Made by a program: the position numbers and the translations under genes. The notes under the pieces were generated by a model. It saw only the letters and a program-made list of their open reading frames with translations. It did not search any database and was not told the origin of the DNA. A DNA stretch of 63,987 nt, filler included, from Octopus bimaculoides (taxonomy: Eukaryota), in NCBI RefSeq assembly GCF_001194135.2. It is 6 parts of 6 records of this genome, joined end to end, with 100 filler letters (N's around TTAATTAATTAA, not from the genome) between each part and the next. Parts side by side here need not be neighbours in the genome. Positions count along the whole stretch, not along the records: positions 1 to 7,796 come from NC_069005.1; positions 7,897 to 25,629 come from NC_069007.1; 4 more parts are not named here. One strand, written 5' to 3'. The first letter of the stretch is position 1, and each line of letters begins with the position of its first letter. Of this stretch, positions 1 through 12,471 are shown piece after piece.

Positions 1-20
1 TAATCCCTGTATATTTATAA

Positions 21-98
<78 letters not shown>

Positions 99-307
99 CC
101 TTTCTATTATAGGCACAAGGCCTGAAATTTTGGGGGAAGGGGCCAGTCGATTATATCGACCCCAGTACACAACTGGTACTTAATTTATCGACCCCGAAAG
201 GATGAAAGGCAAAGTCGACCTCGGCGGAATTTGAACTCAGAACGTAGCGGCAGACGAAATACCACTAAGCATTTCGCCCGGGGTGCTAACGATTCTGCCA
301 GCTCGCC
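99..307 (-). mobile_element. tRNA-derived SINE, family A
   Basis: Reverse strand has a tRNA-like head GGCGAGCTGGCAGAATCGTTAGC...GAGTTCAAATTCC (A/B boxes), then GTCGACTTTGCCTTTCATCCTTTCGGGGTCGATAAA; near-identical blocks recur at 26064, 26747, 33300, 33525 and 36303. Confidence 0.85.
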
Positions 308-624
308 ATGTAGTCTATGTATATGTATATGCATGTTTGTATGTATGTGAGAGTATGCATGCATGGATTTTTGTATGTGTGTATGCCTATGTGTATGTGC
401 GCGCGTGCATGTGTGTGTATGTGAGAGAGAGAGAGATTGTACATAGGTAAGTGAGCTAGTTTCGCAATGGCATAGATTAAAGGTGACACAGAAGCGGTGG
501 GAGGGAGAAAGGTGAGAGTGGCAGGAGTGAAATGGATGTAAAACTCAGGGTGGAGAAAGGGTGGAGGGGTGAAGAAAATGATTCTAGGATAGTGGAGAAG
601 GGGTTGGGATGAAGTTTGATAGGA

Positions 625-960
625 AGTGGTGGTGGTAGTGGTGGTGGAGGTATATTAGAGGGCGTGTTAGGCGGATGGAGGGCAGATGTGATATTCAGGC
701 TGATAGTGGTAGTGGTGGTGGTGGTGGTGGTGGTGGTGGTGGTGGTGGCGGTATTTGGGGGTGAGGACGGTGGTGGTAATGATGATAATAATGATGATTA
801 TGATGATGATGATGGTTATGGTGGCAGAGGTGGTAGTGGTAGTGGTAGTGGTGAGTGTGGTGGTGATGATGGTAATGATGATGGTGGCGGTGGTGGTGGC
901 GATCATGGTAGTGGTGGTGGCGGTGGTTACTGTTGTTGTGGCTGTTGTTATTGATGCTGT
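625..960. repeat. (GGT)n/(GAT)n/(GTT)n trinucleotide microsatellite cluster
   Basis: Directly visible; it produces the poly-G/V/D pseudo-ORFs in the track. Confidence 0.95.
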
Positions 961-1384
961 TGTTAATATTGTTGTCGTTCTTGCTATTGTTTTATCGCTA
1001 AGTAGCAGTGAGAGAGGAGGCCAATTACTCCGATATGGCTTTCTCTCCCCCCCCCTCTCTCTCTCTCTCTCAAATACACATACCTACATTCCCCCACACC
1101 GACTGCACCACCCACATTCTCCCCACCCCACTGACTGCACCATCCACCCTTATAACACTGCCAGCTTTGTATTGTATTAGGGTGGTAAATGGATAAGTGG
1201 GTAGAGGGCAATATAACTCTCTTCAGTAATATGTAACTAAATACCGTTGACACGCACATACATTTACAAAGAGTTAAATATGCAAAGCCCGTCCAGAGTT
1301 ATTGGCTATCTGATGTCATCATACAGATGAAATTACTACTGGGTATACATCAGGAATTCACTAGTATCTTTAGAGTTTATATAA

Positions 1385-1708
1385 ATCTATAGACCCCTTT
1401 GATTACTATTTTATTCTGGTGGACCTCTATTGTCATTCTGAGTTTAAAAACTAGTTTTATAGAAATTTCTTTCAAAATTTCTATTTTGTTTTTCACACAT
1501 TAACTTGTGTGGGTTGAACTATGTGAAAGGTTAAAGAAAGAAACCCAGATGTTTCTTGCAATAAATACCAATGCATACATCTAAAGCAAAATCCTTTCAG
1601 GGGCTTTTAGAATATTATTGTGGGTTTCCAATTTACTGTTTTGCTACGTGGACCACAAAAATCTTATAAAGATTCTCAGGGCCACATGGACCCCGATTGA
1701 GAACCATT
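1385..1708. mobile_element. hAT-like non-autonomous element fragment
   Basis: Ends in GGACCCCGATTGAGAACCATT, whose reverse complement matches the TAGTGGTTCTCAGCTGGGTCC start at 33821 and resembles CAGTGGTTCTCAA-type hAT TIRs. Confidence 0.5.
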
Positions 1709-2492
1709 TATACACGTAAATAGATAAATGATAGAAAATGGAATGAACGACATTCTTTATTTAAAATCATTACAATTGTTTCTACATTACAATTCTTTTG
1801 CGTTTAAATAAAGAATGCCGTTCGTTCCATTTTCAATCATTTATCGACATAAACAGATGTGTGTTTATGCTATTACATACACACGCATAAGTGAATATAT
1901 GCACGTAAATAAATACATGTGTGTGTGTGTGTTTATATGTATGTATAAGAATACATGAACATATGCGTGTGTACACAAGTATATATATATAATATTTATA
2001 CACATATGCGTGTGTGTGTGTATATGTGTGTCTGCGTGTGTGTGTACGTGTGTGTGTTTAATACATATTAGTGAATGTGCATACACACACACGCACATAC
2101 TGAGACACAAACATACAAAATTTCGTGTTTGCGCGCGCGCGCGTGTGTCTAATAATATATAAAATAAAGATATGTGCGTATTCATTTTTCACACGAAAAC
2201 GGCTTCACCAATTGCTTCCATACTTTTGATGCATGAATAATTTGACCTCGGATAAATAATAAGCTGTTCATTTGATTTTTTTAATTAAAAATTAAAAAAA
2301 TATTGCTTTTTATATCATATTCACGTCTTTGAAAATTCTAAAAATATTTACTTCCGACTTTCTAGTGTCAGTGACGTAACATATCTCTTTATGTATATCT
2401 CTCTATCCATCTCTCTCTATTTATCTCTATCTCTCTGTAACATGTCTCTCTATCTTTATTTGTCTGTCTATATCTCCTTATCCATCTCTGTC

Positions 2493-2523
<31 letters not shown>

Positions 2524-3164
2524 CTGTAACATATCTCTCTATTTATATCTGTACCTCTATCTATCTCTATCTCTCTATCTCTATATCTATTTCTCTGTAT
2601 CTATCTGTCTATATCTTATCTATCTATCTATATTTCTCTTATTTGTCTGTCTTACTAGCTCTCCCCCCCCCCCACACACACCTTTCTATATATCTCACTC
2701 ACTCTCTATTGTTCTCACTTTCAATATTCAGACGCCATTGTTTAACTTCAATCGTTATTGTCTTCACTGTAAGTTTATGTTTTCAATCGTTATTTACAAA
2801 CAACGACAAATTACTGACAGAAAAAAATCACTGATGTAATTTCATAATTTACAAACAGAAGTATCTTCATAAATTTCACTTCAATCCGTACGGTTTTACG
2901 TTTTCTGTTGTTGAGGGGTTTTTTCTGGTTCCTTTGATACTGGCTTTTTGGTTCACTGAGTGACAAATTTCGCTTCAACCTGTACAATTCTTTATTTTCC
3001 GTTAAAATTTCTTATTTACTTTCTGTCCGTCGTATTAATAAACAATTTCTGTTACCCAGTTATTTTCATTGTTTACTATCTTCTGCACTCGTGTATTTCT
3101 GAATACGTATATAACTAGACCTAGAAGGAAAGTGTCAGATTTGCCTACAATGTCAAGGTCAGTC

Positions 3165-5003
3165 AAAAGAATGTCTCTGTGCAGGGAAGGAGAGATAGCT
3201 TCAGAAATTGAGCTAGACGCCTGTCATGGAGGAGCTGGACGCTGAAGAACTGAGCAGAGCCATTGATGGCTTGCCTACTGGAAAAGCACCGGGTTGGGGT
3301 GGTATCCCACCAGAGATCATCAGATGCGCAAGGAGATTTCTGCTTAGCCACTTGCTGAAGCTACTGTGTCAGTGGTGGGAGGCAGGATCAGTACCGCAAG
3401 AGATGAGAGACTGCAACATTGTCACCCTATATAAGAATAAAGGAGACAAAAGCGACTGCAATAACTACCGAGGCATCTCGCTGTTAAGAATTGTTGGGAA
3501 AGTCTTTGCCCACGTGACCCTAAATAGGCTACAGGAAATTGCTGAGAGGGTATATCCCGAATCTCAGTGTGATTTCAGAGCAAAACGCTCCACCATCGAC
3601 ATGATCTTCTCTCTCCGACAGCTACAAGAAAAGTGTCGAGCGCAAAAACAACCACTTTTTATCACTTTCATCGATCTCACAAAAGCTTTTGACCGAGTCA
3701 GTAGAGACAGCCTGTTAAAAATCCTTTCCAAGGTTGGCTGTCCTCCAAGACTCCTCATGATTGTTCAATCATTTCACAGACATGAAAGGTGTCGTTCAAT
3801 TTGATGGCTCTTTTTTGGAAACATTCAACATACGTAGCAGCGTGAGACAGGGCTGTGTACTTGCCCCCTCTTTATTTGACAGCTTCTTTACAGTCATGCT
3901 AAAGCATACATTTGAGACATCAACTGAAAGTATTTACCTCCACACCTGATCAAGCGGCAAACTGTTTAGTGAGTTGAGGCTAAAAGCAAAATCCATGGTG
4001 CGACAGGTACTCGTCAGAGAAATACTGTTCACAGACGATGCAGCACTGACAGCGCACTCTGAAGAACAAATGCAGCACCTCGTGGACAAACTTTCAAAGG
4101 CCTGTCAGGAATTGAGCCTGACTATCAGTCTGAAGAAGACCCAAGTAATTGGTCAAATTCTCGAGCACGCTTCCACCATCACCATCAACAACTACAAGCT
4201 AGGATTAGTCCATCAATTCACCCATCTCGACGCTACCATCGCTGATGACCTCTCTCTGGATCCTAAGATCAACAGGTGAATCGGACAAGCATCCCCCACA
4301 TTTTCCAGGCTCACAAAGAGAGTCTGGGAAAACAAAAAGACTGGCTGCAAACACTAAAATTGCTGTCTCTAAGGCGTGCGTCCTTAGTACGCTACTTGAC
4401 GGAAGCGAGACGTGGAGCCTCTACTCTAGACAGGAGCGGCGTCTCAACGTCTTTCACCTTCGTAATTTGAGACGCATCTTGGACATCAAGTGAACCGACC
4501 ACATCACCAACACTGAAGACCTCAACCGATCCAAGATACCCAGCATACACATCTTGCTCCAGCTGCGTCGTCTGAGCTGGTTTGATCATGTTGCCAGACG
4601 GAAGAATCCCAAAAGACCTCCTGTATGGGGAATTGACACAAGAGCACGAGGTCGACCTCATCGTTTCAAAGACGTCTGTGGGAGGGATATGAAGTCGCTT
4701 GGTCTAGACGTCCTGAGATGGGAAGAGGTTGCAAGTGATCGCCCACACTGGAGGCAAATATTGCAGAAGGGAATAAAGAGAGAGGGAGAAAAACAGGAAC
4801 TCGCCATCAAAGAAAAGTGCACTCAACGGAAGGAAAAATCAATAGTGCCGACAGAGAGCGCCTTCAAATACAGACGCTACATGCGTGTCTGCCACTCTCG
4901 TGTGGGTTTGTACAGACGCTGCATCAACATCAGCAGCAGACACGATTCTGGGGGGCGCAGATCCATGGCCTCTCGAGACTGACGGATGCCTACTACTACT
5001 ACT
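3165..5003 (+). mobile_element. 5'-truncated, frameshifted RTE-clade LINE (ORF2 reverse transcriptase remnant)
   Basis: GKAPGWGGIPPE, KNKGDKSDCNNYRGISLL, PESQCDFR, FIDLTKAFDRV, VRQGCVLAP, LFTDDAAL (DD motif), degenerate C-terminal CHSRVGLY zinc motif, and a (TAC)n tail at 4991-5003; several stops and frameshifts. Confidence 0.95.
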
Positions 5004-5254
5004 AAACCTGTCCTGTCCCCCGTCAACATTGATAAGCGGAAAATAGCGTCTAGACTATTAGAAGTGGCCAATGATTGAATGAAAGAATGTTACTTTCTAT
5101 GATGAATCATCATTCACTCTTTCTCCCACTTCGAGACGACTTTATGTCTGGCGAAAGCCCAAAGAAGTCTTCAACCCTGCCGTGATGCATAGAGATGAGT
5201 TGGGCTTCCACATCACAAAATTCTCATGAGCCTTTAGTTCTTCTACGTGGAAGA

Positions 5255-5685
5255 ATTAACACCAAAGATTATCCAAGTATTTTGGCTGATTATGTCCTCC
5301 TATGGAACAAATATGGTTCCCTGATAATAGCACAATCTTCCAAGATGATAATGCGCTGATTTACATGGCTAATGTTATGCAAAATTGGTATGAAGAGCAC
5401 AATACTGAAAATCACTTGGTATGGCCTCCGCAATCACTGCATCCCAAAAAATCTAACATTTATGGTGCATTTTAGAGCAGCAAGTGAGTGGGGGAGCTTC
5501 CATTGGCTAAAGCAGGCTCTTCTTGAAGAATGGCTCAATATTCCTCCAACAACCATTCAGAACTTGTACAAGACAATTCCTCGACGCACTGAAGCTGTAA
5601 TTGATGCCAAAGGTGGACCAACTCCGTATTAAATGATAAAACTTCCATTTATCAAGAGTTTCCCATTATTTTGTCCAACCCCTGA
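5255..5685 (+). mobile_element. Tc1-type transposon 3' remnant (DDE C-terminus plus right TIR)
   Basis: Frames give IFQDDNA, WPPQS, HLWCILE and EAVIDAKGGPTPY*; the end CCATTATTTTGTCCAACCCCTG is the reverse complement of a CAGGGGTTGGACAAAATAATGG Tc1-like TIR. Confidence 0.9.
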
Positions 5686-6076
5686 ATATATCAATTGTGA
5701 GATTTTTGGGATTTTTTCAGGCTTTCGGGGATTTTGCTGCTGATGGCTATGCCTAAGATTACTTCCGATTATAAAACGATATTTACATGTGTGTAGGTGT
5801 ATGTGTATGTGTACATGTGTGTATCTATGTATGTATGTGTACGTGCTTGTGTGGGACACCATCATTTAATGTGTTCTTCCGATTTTTAGACGTTGTGACT
5901 GACGGAATGATTTGACAGAGATTAGGTTGCTATTTCTAGCATTCCAATGAAGTGGTTCCTTCTTTGGTTCTTTATATTGTTCATAAGTACACATGATGGG
6001 GTGTCAGGCTGCGTAATGATCGTCTCCTGACTCTGTTGAAGGAGAGACAAAAAGAGACGTGTGTGTATCTATGTAA

Positions 6077-6114
<38 letters not shown>

Positions 6115-6373
6115 CTAGGTTGTCTTGTCCCCATTCAAGAATGTTACTCAAGGTCATCTTACGTTTGCCTGTGATTGCGTGTGTGCGCGCGCCTGCGTGT
6201 ATGTATCGCGCGTGCGCATGTGTGTTAAGTGAAGTATGTAGGTTAAGTAATGATTCCGTCTGTGCGCGGGATTGTTGAGGCGGAGCAAAAGGGTGGTATC
6301 AGCTGTGCTGCGTGGTTGGAGGTAAGAAACGGGTGGGGGGGTGTTGTTATGAATCTCTATGTAAACGTAGGTG

Positions 6374-6420
<47 letters not shown>

Positions 6421-6571
6421 TTATATATATGCATATTTGTGTGTAATTATATAATTATACACATTGATATATGCATTTGTTAGAAGGTGGAAAATACAGA
6501 CTGGATGTTGCTGATATATACATACATATATATAAGCATAAATTCATATACACTTACGTATATATAAACAA

Positions 6572-6604
<33 letters not shown>

Positions 6605-6803
6605 CATGTATGTATGTATATAAATACAAAGGTATTTACAGATTTATAAATATATACACAAAAGATATGTGTACACAAGAACATAGACAGACAGACAGAT
6701 AGATAGATAGATAGATACATACATACATACATACATACATACATACATGTGCATGCATATACATACAAATATACACACATACACACATATTGCAAACGCA
6801 TAA

Positions 6804-6845
<42 letters not shown>

Positions 6846-7669
6846 GCACACGCACACACAGACATATACACACATACATCAAAATAGATAGATAGAGAGG
6901 GAGAGAGAAAGATGCAAATATTCACATATATACTCAGTTATGTACGTACATACACACATACATATACACATACACATACACATGCACATACATATACACA
7001 AACACATACACATGTACACGCACATACACACAAGTATAATTAGAAACATACATGTATAAACACATACACACATATATACACACCCACACACATACATACA
7101 TACATACATACATAGGCATACACATTGGTATGTGCGCATTTGCGAAGAGAAAAAACTGGGAGTAGATGGTAGAGTTGAATAAGAAGCGTACACGGGTGTG
7201 TGGAGGAAGGTGGGTTACAGAATAGGATGGGGGGGGGGGAGAGTTGAGTAAGATGTAATAGCCAGGTATATGTCTCTCTATGTACGTAGGTAGTAGACAA
7301 GGCGGAACAACAAATGAAGCGAGTTAAGATAAACATAAAAGAGAGGGATGTGACGATAGAATGAGAGAGAGACAGAGAGAGACAGAGAGAGACAGAGAAG
7401 TCAACAGACAGACAGACGAACGGACGGACATACAGATACAACGAGAGAGGATATCAAACCCTGCCTACAGACATACAAGCATTGCCTAATTAATTTCTCA
7501 CCTGCGTGTATTTGTAGATACCTGTGTATGTTTGTTTAGTCTAGCCTGAAAGGTAACACTAACGGCTTAATCAAGCCCCTAATTAATCTTTGATAGCTTA
7601 AAGTGATTATCTTAACCCCTCACTCTCTCTTTCTCTTTCCTCCTCTCTTATTCTCGCAATGTATGTATG

Positions 7670-7712
<43 letters not shown>

Positions 7713-7896
7713 ATACATACACACACACACACACACACATTAATATCGAACAGTGAGAATGAGCGCTTCATACCACGTTGGTGGATATATATATATNNNN
7801 NNNNNNNNNNNNNNNNNNNNNNNNNNNNNNNNNNNNNNNNTTAATTAATTAANNNNNNNNNNNNNNNNNNNNNNNNNNNNNNNNNNNNNNNNNNNN

Positions 7897-7969
7897 GTTT
7901 TAGGGAAAAGAACCAAGTTTCATGATTTTCATCGATGAGTTCATGAAACTTGGTTCTTTTCCCTAAAAC
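7897..7969. repeat. 73-bp palindrome (perfect 29-bp arms) built from an AT-rich interspersed repeat end
   Basis: GTTTTAGGGAAAAGAACCAAGTTTCATGA / TCATGAAACTTGGTTCTTTTCCCTAAAAC; the right half recurs non-palindromically near 47705 and 59685. Confidence 0.85.
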
Positions 7970-9194
7970 TATATATTTATATATATATATATATATATAT
8001 CACATATATTTACATATGCAGCTTCATATGTACAGAAGTAAGCACACAGGTGCAAAATAAGGTGGGAAAAAATAGTACTCAAACACCAAAGGTAGATGAG
8101 TGTTTATAAAATAGCATCTACGTATATATGTATACACACCTATTTATGCAAATATATACATAGATATATTTATGTGACAAAAATACACACACAATCACAT
8201 ATTTATAAATGACAAGCATATATATATATATATTTATGTATGTATATATGTCTATGTATGTATATATATTCATACATATATATTTATATATACATACACA
8301 CATATAAATTCATATATACATACATATTTATCACATATCAGTCCAACCCATGCCAGCATGATGATGCATCTGTAAGGATGGGAGTATATATACACATACA
8401 TACATACATATATACACACAATTATATTTATACATGTTATATATAAACATATAACATATGCAACACATTAACACACACACACACACACACACACATGCAC
8501 AATGTGTCAAGATGATGTAGTAACCAACTGTTTGCCCACACTATATAGCTGTTTCCTGTATCCTGTTGTCCTTTACATTTATTCATCTCTTCAACAATCT
8601 ACTTCATGTAATTCAACAGCTCCCTGCCCACATACCCACCATCCCTACAGTTGTCTTAAACCATTAACCCCCACTCCCTCACCCCCCTTGTTAAGCAGAT
8701 CAATATTTTTCTCCCAACCCTATCAACCAATCTTCCAATCTAACACAGTTAATTAGAATAATAAAGATTTTACATAGATCAAACCCTTTTGTTGTCTTCT
8801 TTTCTTCCTATTTTGTGATTTTAATTTCCCTTTGTTACAGAAAGTATTTTTGTAAAGTTGGAGAATCGCAGCGCAATCCACAGAAAATGGGGCATGTATA
8901 AAAACATCGGAGTTTACATCAAATACTTTCATCTTAAAAGCACGTAGTAATTTAGAATGATTTCACTGGAAACATTTAGAAGACAATTATAAGACGTAAT
9001 GATGTTAAGAAGAGGAGGTTTCGAAAAAATATGCAATTTTCTGAAGTAACAAAAAAGAAAAAAAAATCGAAGAAAATAATATTTTGGCTTCGTTTATACT
9101 GAAACGAAACCAAAATATTATCAAGTAATTTTGCTGCGCGATGGTTTTTGATTTCCCATGGTTTGAATCTAATTAAAAGAAAAATTTGGGAATA

Positions 9195-9414
9195 ATTGTT
9201 TCTGACTGCGTAAAATTATCCAAGGTACTTTTCACAGATGTCACCGGTATGATTCTGACGAAGGGGAGAAAACTTTTCAACGACACCGCGTACCTGTTAC
9301 GTTTCTAATTAAATCATTTAATTAAAAACTCCAGGATGTCTAAAACAAGGAACTGAACCATAATAGGTTATATTTACGGGGATTTGTCCGTTTCTGAAGG
9401 ATTCGAGAATTAAT
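9195..9414 (+). promoter_or_regulatory. Upstream/5'UTR region conserved with the paralogue at 25203-25422
   Basis: Collinear blocks ATTGTTTCTGACTG (9195), TGTCACCGGTATGA (9239), palindrome TAATTAAAT-C-ATTTAATTA (9306-9324) and CTGAACCATAATAG (9353). Confidence 0.7.
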
Positions 9415-10536
9415 ATGGAAGATGTAAGCGAGAAAGACGATGGTGAGAAACAACATTTATCCAGTGAAACATTTACTAAACAAACATCATTAAACAAAAA
9501 TATTACTGATTATTGATGTGAGATTTGTGCGAAAAGATTTTCTTCGAAACACGAAGTCTTCACTCACAAACGAATACACAGAAGAGGAAAAGCCTATCAC
9601 TGCGAGACTTGTGGGAAATCATTTGTGTCTGGCAGTAAATTAACAATTCATAAAAGAACACACACTGGAGAAAAACCATTCCATTGTGAAGTATGTAGGA
9701 AATGTTTTGTCTCTAATGGTGATTTAAACAGACACAGAAGAATACATAAACGGGAGAAACTATTCGACTGCGAAGTATGTGGGAAGTGTTTTGTCTCCAA
9801 AAGATATCTAACGAGTCATAGAATAATACATTCTGGAGAAAAACGGCATCTTTGTCAAATATGCGGCAAATCGTTCTTTTGTAATTCAAAACTTGTTGTC
9901 CACGAAAGGACACATACCGGAGAAAAACCTTACCGTTGTGAGATATGTGGGAAATATTTTATTAGTAATGGTTATTTAGCATGTCACAAAAGAGTACACA
10001 CTGGAGAAAAGCTTCATTATTGTGAAATCTGTGGTAAATCTTACATTAATAATTCTAGTCTTGTTATCCACGTACGTAGTCATACTGGAGAAAAACCTTT
10101 CCACTGCAAATTCTGTGGAAGATCTTTCGTTTCTAACACTAATTTAGCAACACACAAGATAATCCACACTGGGCAGAAACTGTTCCACTGTGAAATATGT
10201 GGAAAGTCTTTTAATTATAATTCAAAACTTGTGATCCACCAAAGGATCCATACCGGAGAAAAACCATTCCGTTGTGAAGTTTGTGGAAAATCATTTGGAC
10301 ATAAGAGTAATTTAACAACTCATAAAAGAATCCACAATCAAGAAAACCGATTTCCTTGCAAAATCTGTGGAAAATCTTTTATTAATAACATTCATCTTGT
10401 TACGCACATACGTAGTCATACTAGAGAAAAACCATTTCACTGTAACGTATGTGGTAAATCATTTGTAACAAACAGTAACTTAACAAGACATAAATTGATA
10501 CACATTGAAGAGAATTCCCTTAATTCTAAAATATAA
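9415..10536 (+). pseudogene. C2H2 zinc-finger gene (12 fingers) with one premature TGA at 9514-9516
   Basis: ATG 9415 gives MEDVSEKDDGEKQHLSSET...NITDY*CEICAKRF; the frame then stays open to TAA 10536 with 12 CxxC-12-HxxxH fingers and TGEKP linkers. No in-frame ATG follows the stop; the track start at 9625 is GTG. Confidence 0.8.
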
Positions 10537-10637
10537 CAAATCCCATTTTGTAAATTGTCATCATTTAAAGTCCATTTTTCCTTGCTGCCCTTCCTTTCAC
10601 GGACTCTCACCCGTTTCCAAGAAAATGATATTTCCCT

Positions 10638-10800
10638 AGGCGCAGGAGTGGCTGTGTGGTAAGTAGCTTGCTTACCAACCACATGGTTCTGGCTTCAGTC
10701 CCACTGCATGGCACCTTGGGCAAGTGTCTTCTACAATAGCCTCGGGCCGACCAAAGCCTTGTGAGTGGATTTGGTAGACGGAAACTGAAAGAAGCCCATC

Positions 10801-10850
<50 letters not shown>

Positions 10851-10884
10851 CTGTGTTTGTCCCCCCACCATCGCTTGACAACCG
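10638..10884 (+). mobile_element. tRNA/CORE-like SINE, family B (cut by gap)
   Basis: GGCGCAGGAGTGGCTGTGTGGTAAG...GGCACCTTGGGCAAGTGTCTT (CORE-like) with an internal (TG)/(TA) tract. Confidence 0.85.
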
Positions 10885-11506
10885 NNNNNNNNNNNNNNNN
10901 NNNNNNNNNNNNNNNNNNNNNNNNNNNNNNNNNNNNNNNNNNNNNNNNNNNNNNNNNNNNNNNNNNNNNNNNNNNNNNNNNNNNNNNNNNNNNNNNNNNN
11001 NNNNNNNNNNNNNNNNNNNNNNNNNNNNNNNNNNNNNNNNNNNNNNNNNNNNNNNNNNNNNNNNNNNNNNNNNNNNNNNNNNNNNNNNNNNNNNNNNNNN
11101 NNNNNNNNNNNNNNNNNNNNNNNNNNNNNNNNNNNNNNNNNNNNNNNNNNNNNNNNNNNNNNNNNNNNNNNNNNNNNNNNNNNNNNNNNNNNNNNNNNNN
11201 NNNNNNNNNNNNNNNNNNNNNNNNNNNNNNNNNNNNNNNNNNNNNNNNNNNNNNNNNNNNNNNNNNNNNNNNNNNNNNNNNNNNNNNNNNNNNNNNNNNN
11301 NNNNNNNNNNNNNNNNNNNNNNNNNNNNNNNNNNNNNNNNNNNNNNNNNNGTGAAGAATCTGGAGAATAATTGAATGTAAATTCAGTCTACACTTGTAGT
11401 CCTCAGATGAATACAGATGGCAGAAAACTACATCAGTTTGAAATATGTTACAAAATCATTTTCTCCATTATGTTCATGTAATCCATGGGTTTTTCCCATT
11501 ATTACA

Positions 11507-11897
11507 CTTTTACTTGTTTCAGTCATTTGACTGAGGCCATGCTGGAGCACCGCCTTTTTAGTCGAGCAGATCGACCCCAGGACTTATTCTTTGGAAGCCT
11601 AGTACTTATCCTATCGGTCTCTTTTGCCGAACCGCTAAGTTACGGGGACGTAAACACACCACCATCGGTTGTCAAGCGATGCTGGGGGGGACAGACACAG
11701 ACTCACAAACATATACACACACATATATATATACGACAGGCTTCTTTCAGTTTCCGTCTACCAAATCCACTCACAAGGTTTTGGTCGGCCCGAGGCTATA
11801 GTAGAAGACACTTGCCCAAGATGCCACGCAGTGGGAAAGAACCCAGAACCATGTGGTTGGTAAGCAAGCTACTTACCACACAGCCACTCCTACGCCT
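11507..11897 (-). mobile_element. SINE family B, near full length, inverted relative to the 10638 copy
   Basis: About 9 mismatches over about 160 bp against the 10638 copy (hand alignment). Confidence 0.9.
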
Positions 11898-12149
11898 ATT
11901 GATGTAAAATTTGTAGAAAATTATTCATAGTATATGTATAGAGGAGGAAAATATTGGATATGACTTGGAAAACATTTTCTATAAATTGAAATAAAAGTAG
12001 AGCAAAAATCACTGAGAAATTCCTGTAAATTTTTATCTTTGACATTTGAGACAATATTTACATTTATTTATTGATTAAAATCTTAATTTTAAATAAAAAC
12101 ATTTTGGTTAAAATTGATTCACCACTGAAAACATCATTATACGATATTT

Positions 12150-12265
12150 ATCTTTTACTTGTTTCAGTCGTTGGACTGTGGCCAAGCTGGGGCACAACCT
12201 TGAAGGGTTTAGCCGAACAAATCAACCCCAGAATTTATTTTTTTAAGCCTGATACTTATTCCCGC
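12150..12265 (-). mobile_element. SINE family B 3' fragment
   Basis: CTTTTACTTGTTTCAGTC...GCCTGATACTTATTC matches 11507-11610. Confidence 0.6.
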
Positions 12266-12471
12266 TGTCATTAATTTATATAATTAATATCAGCAACAAC
12301 TGCAGCAGGAGAGGCAATGGCTGGGACAGAATACTCATTCCTTACTTGACCTCTAACTGACCCTCACTCCCCCACCTCCGCAATCTTTCAACCCTTGACA
12401 ATGACCACTACTATTGCTGCTGCTGTCAGTCTTTCTATTGTTTTTCTAAATGTAGCTCTCTTCTGTAAGAT

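Noticed and set aside
616-1180. Gly/Val/Asp/His/Thr homopolymer ORFs
   Set aside because: Translations of trinucleotide microsatellites, open in several frames on both strands.
7841-7852. TTAATTAATTAA islands inside N runs (also 25674, 34098, 55289, 62113)
   Set aside because: An identical 12-mer centred in N padding with stops in all frames is a scaffolding spacer, not biology, and not a CRISPR-like repeat.
9253-9275. CTGACGA...GAAAAC hammerhead-like string
   Set aside because: No supporting stems, and the homologous position in the paralogue (about 25345-25365) does not keep the core.
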